From a virus (lineage: Duplodnaviria; Caudoviricetes), in IMG/VR virus record IMGVR_UViG_3300017971_003667, positions 1-27,271 of that record: DNA of 27,271 nt; one strand, written 5' to 3'. Below, one piece after another: positions 14,868-24,132 of the stretch. The translations under genes and the position numbers were made by a program. Numbering within the stretch: the first letter of the stretch is position 1; every line of letters begins with the position of its first letter. Under the pieces are notes generated by a model. The model searched no databases and was not told where the DNA came from. It saw nothing but the letters and a program-made list of their open reading frames with translations.

Positions 14868-15491
14868 TTATTTTAATGCTTGATATAATTTTTCAAGCTT
14901 TTTTTCTTCAGGTTTAGTTGATACATTTAACCTAAAAGAATAAACAAAATCAATTGAGTTTTTCTGACCTTGTAGGAAAACATAAGGTTCATAATCAACT
15001 CCTTTTAATTTTATTGAAGACCCCACATCCTTAACAAACATTTCTACATTCTTTTTTAGTCTCATTTCAGCACTTTTTATATCTGCTGTTGTTAATGGTG
15101 GAGCAGAAACCGTATCTATGAATGTAAGCTTTAGGCTTTTTGTTCCTAATGCTGCCATTACCTTAGCACCTGTTGGTATATATCTCTTGATTGTTCTCAT
15201 ATCAAGTTCTTCAACAATTGTGCTTTCATATGCTGGTTCTATTGCCAAAAGACCTTGTTTTGATTTAGGAACCTTTAGCTTTTTAATAGCTAATTGTTTA
15301 GCACCATAAATACCATTTGCTTCTGACTTTTTTATTTCAAGTTTCTTTCCATTAAATATAGCAATCCATCCTGCTATTTCTTTTTCATTTATTTCAGGTT
15401 CATTATTCAATACCTTCATATATGCTTCTTGAAGGGATTCATACTTATTCGTATTAGAATCCCTTCTAATAGTCTTTTCAAATAATGTCAT
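14868..15491 (-). CDS. Hypothetical protein, candidate internal head protein
   Basis: AAGGGG RBS; LQEAYMKV, EINE and IVEE motifs. Confidence 0.75.
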   Translation of the reverse strand: MTLFEKTIRRDSNTNKYESLQEAYMKVLNNEPEINEKEIAGWIAIFNGKKLEIKKSEANGIYGAKQLAIKKLKVPKSKQGLLAIEPAYESTIVEELDMRTIKRYIPTGAKVMAALGTKSLKLTFIDTVSAPPLTTADIKSAEMRLKKNVEMFVKDVGSSIKLKGVDYEPYVFLQGQKNSIDFVYSFRLNVSTKPEEKKLEKLYQALK

Positions 15492-15500
15492 AATTGCCCC

Positions 15501-15986
15501 TTATTTTCTTACTTGAGCATCATCATCTCTGTAAGCATTTGTAGTAGTTGGGTCTTCAAGAATACCAAACACTCTACGGTATCCTGCTGCTTGTGTACTA
15601 TCTGTAACAAACCAAGAAACCTTATGTCTAATAGAAGGTGTTTTACCATTAGCTACAGTTTCTCTATTTACCCATGTTCCTGCACCTTTAGTTGTATTTG
15701 CATACCCTGCTGTCTTATTTCCTAATGTACGTAAAGTACCTGTAGGACCAAGACTACCTGTATATGCTGCACTTATTTTATTTCTTTGAATAGTAGGTGC
15801 AAGTGTGCTTGCCATTTGGTTTTGTCTACCTTTTTTTACTGAATTCGGTCCTGCTTTAGGCATTCTTCCATCTTGAAAAATCTTAGTTTCATTCAATAAC
15901 CATGCATTTCCATCAACAGGCTTTGCTGCCAATGCTAATGCAGGTGTGTCATAACTTGTTAATGCTGCAAATGTTGCGTAATTCAT
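15501..15986 (-). CDS. Hypothetical Ala/Thr/Gly-rich protein, possible virion structural protein
   Basis: Start moved to the ATG at 15986 (MNYATF; RBS AGGAG); composition and head-module position suggest a virion protein. Confidence 0.7.
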   Translation of the reverse strand: MNYATFAALTSYDTPALALAAKPVDGNAWLLNETKIFQDGRMPKAGPNSVKKGRQNQMASTLAPTIQRNKISAAYTGSLGPTGTLRTLGNKTAGYANTTKGAGTWVNRETVANGKTPSIRHKVSWFVTDSTQAAGYRRVFGILEDPTTTNAYRDDDAQVRK

Positions 15987-16017
15987 AATATATTCTCCTA
16001 TGTAAATGTTTTGTACA

Positions 16018-16632
16018 CTACATATTTTTTTCAATCTGCTCAATTACTTGCCAAATGTGTTTGGCATATGCTTTTTGAGCTTCTTTAATTTGTTCCTCTT
16101 TTATGTGTTCCTCTGTCATTTCATTTCCTGGGATTCTAAAATCCGTTCCTTCATAAATTCCATTTACCCATGAAGGTTTATTACTTGGATCAGTTACAAG
16201 ATCATATGTGATTAAATGAAAGTCTTCATTAACATATCCATCTTCAGCAACAGTTCCTAGTCCTCTTGAGGAAATTCCCATAGACCCTTCTTTTACTAAT
16301 GTTTTAGCAATTTGACCCATAGGAGTATCAATTAACTTAGCCTTCCCATATACGTTATTCCCCTTCCAATCCAAGTTTTCGATTTTTAATGCAATTTTAT
16401 CAGGATTAACTTCAGGATTAGGTGGATGACCTAATTCCCCCCAAAGACAATTTTTACCGATTTTTTCCTGAACTTTTCCAACTTCTCTTTCAAGAATTTT
16501 TCGACCATATTTTCTTTTGTTATTATTTTCCATTTCAGCAGTAGAGAAAATACCAACAATGAACATATCTTTGGAATTCTTATCCTCATGTAATTCAAAA
16601 TCATAACTTGTTTCTGTAATTAATTTTGCCAT
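16018..16632 (-). CDS. gp21: Prohead protease (T4 gp21-like)
   Basis: MAKLITE, N.NKRKY, GELGHP, GKAKLIDTPMGQIAK.L, GISSRGLG and DLVTDPS. Start moved to the ATG at 16632 (RBS GGAG). Confidence 0.96.
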   Translation of the reverse strand: MAKLITETSYDFELHEDKNSKDMFIVGIFSTAEMENNNKRKYGRKILEREVGKVQEKIGKNCLWGELGHPPNPEVNPDKIALKIENLDWKGNNVYGKAKLIDTPMGQIAKTLVKEGSMGISSRGLGTVAEDGYVNEDFHLITYDLVTDPSNKPSWVNGIYEGTDFRIPGNEMTEEHIKEEQIKEAQKAYAKHIWQVIEQIEKNM

Positions 16633-16645
16633 AATGTTATCTCCA

Positions 16646-16870
16646 TTATTCATCATTATCACCTGCATCATCAAGATCAACATCAGCATCAGCATCAGCA
16701 TCAGCATTGTCTACTTCAGGAGCAGGTGTAAAATCATTCTGTAACCCTAATTTGTTTTTTATAAATACATCTCTTTTTCCTGCTATTTCTTGAGAGATAA
16801 TATCTTTTGCATCTACATATTGATCATTTTCAAAATGATCTAACGCTTTTCTAATTTTTGCTCTATCCAT
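16646..16870 (-). CDS. Small acidic prohead core protein (gp67-like by position)
   Basis: 74 aa between portal and protease, with an acidic DADADAD tail and an AAGGAG RBS. Confidence 0.65.
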   Translation of the reverse strand: MDRAKIRKALDHFENDQYVDAKDIISQEIAGKRDVFIKNKLGLQNDFTPAPEVDNADADADADVDLDDAGDNDE

Positions 16871-16894
16871 ATCACATTCTCCTTATCTATTAGT

Positions 16895-16912
16895 TATTTA
16901 TATTTATTTATA
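16895..16912 (-). promoter_or_regulatory. Two tandem T4-type late promoters TATAAATA
   Basis: Exact motifs at 16895-16902 and 16905-16912 in the gap between the portal gene and the gp67-like gene. Confidence 0.65.
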
Positions 16913-16932
16913 TTTTTTTGACTAAAATTAAA

Positions 16933-18537
16933 TTACCATGCCTGAGTTCCACCACCTTCTTCTTCAGCCAACCCTAATTTAACGTCTTTTTCCTTACCTT
17001 CAACATTAGCTTGAATTTCTTCATCATCCCATTTAAGGTATGTCTTCATTAAATAGTATTTAGAAAATTCAGGTCTGTCTGCAAGCTGTTGGTAATTAGA
17101 AAATCTTGAATCATTGAACATTTGTTCCATTTGTTCTTTGTATTGAGATGGTGCATTCATGACAACTTTAATCTTTTTATTTGTAAGATCATATTCTTTC
17201 TTCATTCCTTTGAATTCTAAATGAAGAATGAACATATCTGTAAGACTTGCACATAATCTTTTTTGTTGTCTTTCCAAGAACTTAGCCCATTTAACCTCAT
17301 CTCTTGAAATTTCTGATGTTTGATTTCCACCAAACATATCCTCACCACTTCTTCCTTCTTGAGCAGCAGAAACCCTTGACATAGGATATTTCAATGATCT
17401 ATAAAGCTTTTTCTGAAAGTAATAAACATCATCAAGCTCACTAAACATATTGGTGTTACCACCAATTGTTTCAATACTTGATCCTCTACCATCAGCAGAT
17501 TGAGGAAGATAAAAATTCTCTAATATTCCCATAACTTCAGGTTCATTAGCAAGTTGACCCGTACTTGGATCATATGATTGCTTCTTAGACATTTTATTTT
17601 TGATCTTTTCAACATACTTAAGAGCTTTCTCTCTAGGCATGTTTCCTGTATCAATTCTAAATACATATCTTTCAGGAGCACGAACAACCCTCATGATAAT
17701 AACAGAAGTCTCTAGAAGCTTTAACTGATTAAAAGGTACTCTTGCTTTTTCTAAATAGCCAATTATTTCTAATCGTGATTTACCATAAATACCATAGTCA
17801 ACAAATCCAATCTGATTAGGATCAAATAATGTTAAGTCCTTACCATCTCTTTTTCTTGCTTCTTCTAAATTAAGAGGTTTTTTAGGTCTAGGAGTTAAAT
17901 ACTGCATAAATGAAGTAATTTCGCCTGAAATAGGATCATAAAAGAAGTCCATTGTTGTTGATGGAAGTCTTTTTATATTAATAATACCTCTTTTGGGTTT
18001 AGCTTTATCAATTACTCTTTCATAAAATACCCTTCCATCAACATAATATGTCCAAAGTATATTCCATACCTTATCTTTCATATCAAGTGTTTCTCTGAAA
18101 AGGTCATTAAATTCTCTTTTCAAATTATTTACGATATTTTCATTTGTTTGTAAGTCCTTATCTAAAATATCCAAGTGAAATACTTCACCTGTTTCATCTT
18201 CTTGAGTAGATTCATTAACAGCATCTTCAATAACATCAGATATTTCAGGAGTAGTAGCCATTTGATTATAATCTAAAATACGTTGTATTTCATTTTCATA
18301 TACCCTATTAATATAGGTATTATAAAACATATTAAATCCCTGAACTTGAACATTACTAAATCCTGGGATTTCAGCTAGTGTTTCCCATCCTTCACCTTTT
18401 TGGTTCATGATAGTCTTTAAGCTTCTATTATATTGACCCATTCCCTTAAACGCTTTTATTTCTTCTTTTAACACAGGTTGTTCAATTGGCAATGATTCAT
18501 CTGCATCTTTACCAAAAAGTTTATTTAAGATTCCCAT
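16933..18537 (-). CDS. gp20: Portal protein (T4 gp20-like)
   Basis: YVDGRVFY, YLEKA..P.NQLKLLE...I.RVVRAPERYVFRIDTGNMP..KA..YV, LENFYLP...GRGSSIET, YFQKKLYRSL..P.SR and EISRDEVK..KF..R. Confidence 0.98.
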   Translation of the reverse strand: MGILNKLFGKDADESLPIEQPVLKEEIKAFKGMGQYNRSLKTIMNQKGEGWETLAEIPGFSNVQVQGFNMFYNTYINRVYENEIQRILDYNQMATTPEISDVIEDAVNESTQEDETGEVFHLDILDKDLQTNENIVNNLKREFNDLFRETLDMKDKVWNILWTYYVDGRVFYERVIDKAKPKRGIINIKRLPSTTMDFFYDPISGEITSFMQYLTPRPKKPLNLEEARKRDGKDLTLFDPNQIGFVDYGIYGKSRLEIIGYLEKARVPFNQLKLLETSVIIMRVVRAPERYVFRIDTGNMPREKALKYVEKIKNKMSKKQSYDPSTGQLANEPEVMGILENFYLPQSADGRGSSIETIGGNTNMFSELDDVYYFQKKLYRSLKYPMSRVSAAQEGRSGEDMFGGNQTSEISRDEVKWAKFLERQQKRLCASLTDMFILHLEFKGMKKEYDLTNKKIKVVMNAPSQYKEQMEQMFNDSRFSNYQQLADRPEFSKYYLMKTYLKWDDEEIQANVEGKEKDVKLGLAEEEGGGTQAW

Positions 18538-18548
18538 ACTTTCACTCC

Positions 18549-18953
18549 TTAATACATAATTAATACAAGATCATACTTTTCTAAAGGATCACTAACACTA
18601 CCTGCTCCTGCTGCTGTTAAATGCCCATTCATTTTTGTATGCTTGCCTTTATCGTTATCCCACATAATCTCAAAATGCCATTCTTTTCTACTTGGCATTG
18701 TGATTCCCATTTTGGCATCATCTTTATTGTTCATGTATTCTGATTTGGTTATGTGCCAATTAAAGTTGAGTCTATTGAATGCATCCCATACGCATTGTGG
18801 TCCCTTCCAATATTTATCACTATATAGTTTATTATGAGTACATTTTTTAGTTTCTTTATAAATCAAAGTCTTTAATTTAGCTTTAGATAAACCATCAGCA
18901 CCCAAACCTGTTGATTCTTGTCTTCCCTCATTTATATATTTCAGTAATTGCAT
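18549..18953 (-). CDS. Hypothetical protein upstream of portal
   Basis: 134-aa ORF with a GGAG RBS; N-terminus MQLLKYINE-G resembles a capsid-targeting leader. Confidence 0.75.
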   Translation of the reverse strand: MQLLKYINEGRQESTGLGADGLSKAKLKTLIYKETKKCTHNKLYSDKYWKGPQCVWDAFNRLNFNWHITKSEYMNNKDDAKMGITMPSRKEWHFEIMWDNDKGKHTKMNGHLTAAGAGSVSDPLEKYDLVLIMY

Positions 18954-19016
18954 AGAAACTCTCCCAAATTAGTTTTCTAATTATATTTAGATTTTTTTGT
19001 TAATTTTTTTGAGTTT

Positions 19017-19877
19017 TTATTGCCTAAATAGTCTTTTAACCTTAAAAAAGTCTTCCATATTAGAATCAAGGAACTTTCCTCTGAATAATCTTGTGCATGA
19101 TTTACAATTCTCATTAGATTCAAATAGGTTTTTTGGAAAGCTTGTTAGACGTTTAATAAAGTTTTCAGGAGTCAATGGAATTGTTGATTTCATTGCTCTT
19201 TGACATAGTGTTATATTCTCATTTACCAAATCAACCACACATGTAGTATTGTACATATAGCATTTATTTCTCATATTAGAACTTTCTTCTATCCTATTCT
19301 TTATATTTTCCTTTGCGGAATTTGCTATATTTTTTATGTCTTTTATCTTATCATAGAATTCTATATATAACTGATGGTCTACTTCCTTTGGTTGAGTGAT
19401 ATCATATTCAAGCTCAACATATCCAAACGGTATGTCATCATGTAATTTTACAAAATCAACTATATCATCTATATCATTATGGACTAAGCCATAAACAACC
19501 CTATCATCATCATATTTAGTGACTCCATCTGTATTGACATGATACCATATTTGCCTGATATAAGGTGAAATAACAGGGTTTAAATGATGCTCATTCTCTA
19601 AAAATTTACCATTTGTACTGACAACCACTTCTCTATCAAAAATTCTAAACCACCTTTCCAATTTTTCTACTTTAACTAAACCCAATTCTCCACCATCAAC
19701 ATGAATGAAACTAAGAAGATGATGTTTATCAAGCTTATCAATTATCTTCTTTATGTATGGCATATGTAATTCTATACTTTCCATTGTAGCTTCTTTTGGG
19801 TTTTCTACATTTGGAAAATCACAATATTCACAGTTCCAATTACATTTTTCTGTTAAAATAAAAGCAAAACTACTCAT
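19017..19877 (-). CDS. Radical SAM enzyme with C-terminal Cys-rich (twitch-like) domain
   Basis: CNWNCEYC, GGE and STNG motifs; C-terminal C...C...CKSC. Confidence 0.88.
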   Translation of the reverse strand: MSSFAFILTEKCNWNCEYCDFPNVENPKEATMESIELHMPYIKKIIDKLDKHHLLSFIHVDGGELGLVKVEKLERWFRIFDREVVVSTNGKFLENEHHLNPVISPYIRQIWYHVNTDGVTKYDDDRVVYGLVHNDIDDIVDFVKLHDDIPFGYVELEYDITQPKEVDHQLYIEFYDKIKDIKNIANSAKENIKNRIEESSNMRNKCYMYNTTCVVDLVNENITLCQRAMKSTIPLTPENFIKRLTSFPKNLFESNENCKSCTRLFRGKFLDSNMEDFFKVKRLFRQ

Positions 19878-20883
19878 TTTCTACCTTCCTTATTATATTA
19901 CAGATCATTTCTATTTCAGAATCTTTTAAATCATGGTGAATAGGCAAATCAATTATCTCTTTTCGTATTTCTATTGATTGAGGAAATTTTGATGATGGAT
20001 CAAATAAATCATAATGTTTATATCTATGTTGTATTTTAAATCTATCAAATGCTTCATGTATTCTTTGTGCTTTTTTACTTAGATACATTATAGCACCATG
20101 TCTATTGGATTCTTCTTCAAATATATCAATATATTTCTTATATTCTGCATGAACCCGTTCTCTCATATTAATAATGTCATTAAGATAACCAAACTGAGGC
20201 ATTATATATGCAGCAAGAAATGGAGATAACATAAAGTTCATACAAGGTGTTCTATCGTTATAATCATGGACATATCTTAAAGCTTCAAATTCATTTTTAA
20301 GAACCTCATTATCTGTAAGAAGCATACCACCTTCACCTGACATAAGAACCTTTGTTGGGCTAGAAGAAAATATAGCAACATCACCAAATGTCCCTGCTTT
20401 TTCCTGAACCATAGAAGGAGCACAATCTTCTATAAATAAAACATGATCAGGAATTACTTCCTTAAAATCTTTTGCATTACCTATAATACCATTATTTTCT
20501 ATGTGTATAACAGCTAATGTATTTCCATTGATAGCTTTTTTTATTCCCTCTGCTGTCATGGATAATGTCTTTTTATCAACATCAACAGCTACGGGTTTAA
20601 GACCCAATACAATAGCAACCTTATATGCAGCAGGATATCCCCAATTTGTTAAAACAACTTCATTTTTATTCTTAAAGTATTTTCTCCATGCATATAAAGC
20701 CATAAAAATTCCATTGGTTGCGCTATTTATAGCAACACCATATTTCCTTCCTATGTAATTACACATCTTATTCTCATATTCACCTAGGATACCTTCACTC
20801 CAAAAATCATAATTCTCTATATACCTATCCACATTTTCAAGCCATTCTTTTTTATAAAATGGTTTCACTCTTTTTATCATCAT
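19870..20883 (-). CDS. DegT/DnrJ/EryC1/StrS PLP-dependent sugar aminotransferase
   Basis: NSATNG, IEDCAPS, FSSSPTK (PLP lysine), GEGGMLLT and LPIH. Confidence 0.92.
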   Translation of the reverse strand: MMIKRVKPFYKKEWLENVDRYIENYDFWSEGILGEYENKMCNYIGRKYGVAINSATNGIFMALYAWRKYFKNKNEVVLTNWGYPAAYKVAIVLGLKPVAVDVDKKTLSMTAEGIKKAINGNTLAVIHIENNGIIGNAKDFKEVIPDHVLFIEDCAPSMVQEKAGTFGDVAIFSSSPTKVLMSGEGGMLLTDNEVLKNEFEALRYVHDYNDRTPCMNFMLSPFLAAYIMPQFGYLNDIINMRERVHAEYKKYIDIFEEESNRHGAIMYLSKKAQRIHEAFDRFKIQHRYKHYDLFDPSSKFPQSIEIRKEIIDLPIHHDLKDSEIEMICNIIRKVENE

Positions 20884-21719
20884 CTTTTATAACTCCTATT
20901 ATTGTTAATAGTTCTTTTAAATCCATCATCAAATGAATAGCAATTTTTACAATAATCACATTTTCTATAAAGCTTTCCTGATCTCAAATCTTCAAGTGCT
21001 TCTTTAGTGAATCCCCATTTATCGGATTCTTTAATATTTATTGCACAATGGCCTAATATTTTATTCTGAATATCAACAAATGGATTTGGTGAATTCTTTT
21101 CACATAATACCTTCTCTTTATGATGAAATGATCTCATTTTATAATGAATTAACATATCTAAAAAATATTGATTGTTCAATCTAAAGAAAAGGTCACTTAA
21201 ATCCATATAATATTTGTATATATCCATCCTGCTTTTATGATTCATTAGCTTATAAAAAAAGTTATCCCTAAATAAGCCCATTTCCGCAAAGTACTCCCAA
21301 TTCGTAAGTAAAGATTTCGTAGTTGTTTCACTAGTGACAATAACATATCTATGAGGTTGCCCCAAATCCAAATCGCCATAAAATTTAATTATCTCCTTTC
21401 CTTTAATTTCATAAATAAGGTGTTCCCAATACTCAACATCTTTTATCCAATCAACCCCCTTCTTTCTTAAAAGTCCATTAGATAATGCTATAATGTGCTT
21501 AATATTAGGTTGATTCTTTACAGTTCTATAAACTTCTTCTATATTCTCAACAAGTCCTATTTCTCCACCTGTCAACTCAACTCCTGTTTCAGAAGGTAAT
21601 GTTTTAAGTACATATTCCAAGTAATCAATATCAACTTCTGTTTCATCATTTGAGTGTGTAGTACAATAATAACAACTATGATTGCATTTCTTTGTCAACA
21701 TCAATTCAATAAAGTACAT
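20880..21719 (-). CDS. Radical SAM enzyme with C-terminal Cys-rich domain, paralog of 19017..19877
   Basis: CNHSCYYC, GGEIGLV and LSNG motifs; C-terminal C...C...CDYCKNC. Confidence 0.88.
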   Translation of the reverse strand: MYFIELMLTKKCNHSCYYCTTHSNDETEVDIDYLEYVLKTLPSETGVELTGGEIGLVENIEEVYRTVKNQPNIKHIIALSNGLLRKKGVDWIKDVEYWEHLIYEIKGKEIIKFYGDLDLGQPHRYVIVTSETTTKSLLTNWEYFAEMGLFRDNFFYKLMNHKSRMDIYKYYMDLSDLFFRLNNQYFLDMLIHYKMRSFHHKEKVLCEKNSPNPFVDIQNKILGHCAINIKESDKWGFTKEALEDLRSGKLYRKCDYCKNCYSFDDGFKRTINNNRSYKR

Positions 21720-22419
21720 ATTTCTCCTTTAATATATCATCTTTTATTTCAAATTTATCAGGTGGAATGTCATAAGGTCTTAACTTTAATTCTTTTGTTT
21801 CACTATATTTATGTTTTATATATATCCATGATGCTCTGAAATTTCTTATAACCCTGAAATATCTTCTATTAGTCTGATGATTTTTATAATAACATGTTTT
21901 AATAGGTTTCTTCTCTATTAAATTTACAAATTGATTATCTTTTCTGTAGCATCTCCACATTCTTTTTTCATGAAGATCATATATATATCCAACAGATACA
22001 TCTATACAAACATCTTCTTTTGGTATGAAACTTTCTTGTAATTTCTCAATATAATCATCTAATATAATATCATCTACATCCAACACAGAAGTAATTATAA
22101 ATTCTTTATCTGTATCCTTTTCTATAAATTCAGAAGCATCTAATCTATATAATTCATTATGATTACAAATAATTACATCATATATAACATCAATATTTTT
22201 AAAATAATCAATATATCTTTTATCCGTTACATTATTAACAAGTATAATCCATTTAAAATTTTTGCATATTTGCTTTCTAACAGATGGAAGTGAATACTTC
22301 TCAAAAAACTCAATTTTTTTATCTTGCCATTCTTTATTAACTACATCTGCATGTGTAGTTCTCCATCCTTTTGTAAATACATTAAAACGTGTTATTAAGT
22401 AATGTTCATACATATACAT
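21706..22419 (-). CDS. Putative GT-A glycosyltransferase (putative rhamnosyltransferase-like)
   Basis: LITRFN, FEKYSLPSVRKQ...F.WI and LDVDD (DxD). Confidence 0.72.
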   Translation of the reverse strand: MYMYEHYLITRFNVFTKGWRTTHADVVNKEWQDKKIEFFEKYSLPSVRKQICKNFKWIILVNNVTDKRYIDYFKNIDVIYDVIICNHNELYRLDASEFIEKDTDKEFIITSVLDVDDIILDDYIEKLQESFIPKEDVCIDVSVGYIYDLHEKRMWRCYRKDNQFVNLIEKKPIKTCYYKNHQTNRRYFRVIRNFRASWIYIKHKYSETKELKLRPYDIPPDKFEIKDDILKEKYVLY

Positions 22420-23435
22420 TCATCCATATTAAGTATTCTATAAGAAGCTGTTCTTCCAATTGGCGTAACATGTGGAAATATTTTTTTAAATTTTTGTTTT
22501 ATTAATTCATATTTTATTACAGTATCTCCTGTAATTACAGGATAATGTGGTCCTTGATATCCATCTACATGATCAGTTAAAGTTTCAATAACAGAAAAAA
22601 CTTTATTGCTTTCACAAGTCAATCTATTCATTGTAGTTGTTCTTAAATATGCTATATCTTTAGAGGGATAATTTATTACAGAATGTCCATAATCAATATT
22701 ATTATATTGAAATTGAATTGATCTATAAGGGAGATATTCACCAATAATTGAATCTAATTTACCACAATAATATGATTTTTTATCAGTAAAATTATATATA
22801 AATCTTTCACACACTTTTTTAGGTATGTTTAATAGTACTTTTATATTATCATGATTTAATATATTTTCGATGAATTTAGTATATCCATTAATAGGCAAAG
22901 CAACATATTTATCATCAAAATATGAGTTATTATAATTCATTCTAACAGGTAGTCTTACTATCATATGATGTATATCATCATAATATTTACCCCATTGTTT
23001 TTGATTATATGGTTCTATTAATTTCTTATATATAGTTGTTCCAACTCTATTTATTAGAAATTCTTTTGGAGTTATGGGATTAGAATATATATTTTTCTCT
23101 TTTTCCCAATCTTTTTTACTGAGTCCTAATTTTTTAATTGTATTGAGATTGAAAGGTAAATCTACCAATCCATTTGTAGTATGTGCTTTTACTTTATGAT
23201 CAATAATTTTCCATTCTGAAAATCTATTAACATATTTCCATACATCTTCATTGGAAGTATGAAATATATGAGGTCCATATTTTTGAATTAATAAATCCTT
23301 ATCCCAATAATCATAGCATATTCCACCAATATGAAAATTTTTATCGAATATATAAACTTTATCGCCATTTTCAGCATGTGTTCTTGCTCTTACTGCTCCT
23401 GATAGACCACATCCTATAATAAATACATCACTCAT
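22395..23435 (-). CDS. glf: UDP-galactopyranose mutase
   Basis: IIGCGLSG (FAD binding), GGICYD, KYGPHIFHT, KQWG, YFDDKY..LP..GYT, LPYRS and GR.A.YR..NMD. Confidence 0.93.
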   Translation of the reverse strand: MSDVFIIGCGLSGAVRARTHAENGDKVYIFDKNFHIGGICYDYWDKDLLIQKYGPHIFHTSNEDVWKYVNRFSEWKIIDHKVKAHTTNGLVDLPFNLNTIKKLGLSKKDWEKEKNIYSNPITPKEFLINRVGTTIYKKLIEPYNQKQWGKYYDDIHHMIVRLPVRMNYNNSYFDDKYVALPINGYTKFIENILNHDNIKVLLNIPKKVCERFIYNFTDKKSYYCGKLDSIIGEYLPYRSIQFQYNNIDYGHSVINYPSKDIAYLRTTTMNRLTCESNKVFSVIETLTDHVDGYQGPHYPVITGDTVIKYELIKQKFKKIFPHVTPIGRTASYRILNMDECICMNIT

Positions 23436-24132
23436 TTAATAAAGTCTCCATTTTCTTCAAGCCAACTGTTCCTGCTCCATGAATAAAACATGGAAAGGAG
23501 TTTGTAATGTGATTTTGATATCTATTTTTATATTTAGTTATCCAATCCCATTTTTCATGAACATATAATGTCTGCCATAAGTGACAATCATAATCTATTT
23601 TTATTATGTCTTTTTGATCATAAAGAAAATACCATTGCCATGCAAGTTGATCTAAACAACTCCAATCTATACCATCATTTATTATCTTCTTTTCATAGAC
23701 ATATATTCTATCTAATGCTTTTTTAATATTCTTCACATATCCCATTATACCACCTAAATTTAGATAGTTGAATATTCCCTTTCTTTCTGGAAATAATTTA
23801 GATAGGGTTTCATCAGGATAACAAATAGTATCAACTGATACTACAATAGGAGATTCATACCAAAAAAATTTAGCTAATATTTCTTCTTGTGAAGAAACAA
23901 GATACATATCATATGCATCAATTATACATACAATATCACTATCTTTTAGATTTTTTATATATCTATATAGGCAATGGTTTTTAAAAAATTGAAAATATTC
24001 TTCTCCTAAACCAAGCATATTCAATTTAATATTATTAGAAGCACATGATTTAGCTAATCTAAGAACACTACCGCTTTTATAATGTGTATTTGATAATATA
24101 TCTGTTACGGGTGTTACTAAATGAAACATCAA
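23428..24132 (-). CDS. PLOD/LH3-type glycosyltransferase domain protein
   Basis: IDAYD, CYPD, YLNLGG..G, DQ, IDY.C.LWQTL and P..IHG.G follow the motif order of the GT domain of procollagen lysyl hydroxylase/glycosyltransferases. Confidence 0.72.
   Translation of the reverse strand: MMFHLVTPVTDILSNTHYKSGSVLRLAKSCASNNIKLNMLGLGEEYFQFFKNHCLYRYIKNLKDSDIVCIIDAYDMYLVSSQEEILAKFFWYESPIVVSVDTICYPDETLSKLFPERKGIFNYLNLGGIMGYVKNIKKALDRIYVYEKKIINDGIDWSCLDQLAWQWYFLYDQKDIIKIDYDCHLWQTLYVHEKWDWITKYKNRYQNHITNSFPCFIHGAGTVGLKKMETLLNE

Noticed and set aside
16633-16707. MLMLMLML N-terminal extension on gp21 in the ORF track
   Set aside because: It is an off-frame reading of the (GATGCT)n repeat that encodes DADADAD in the upstream gene; the RBS-supported start is 16632.
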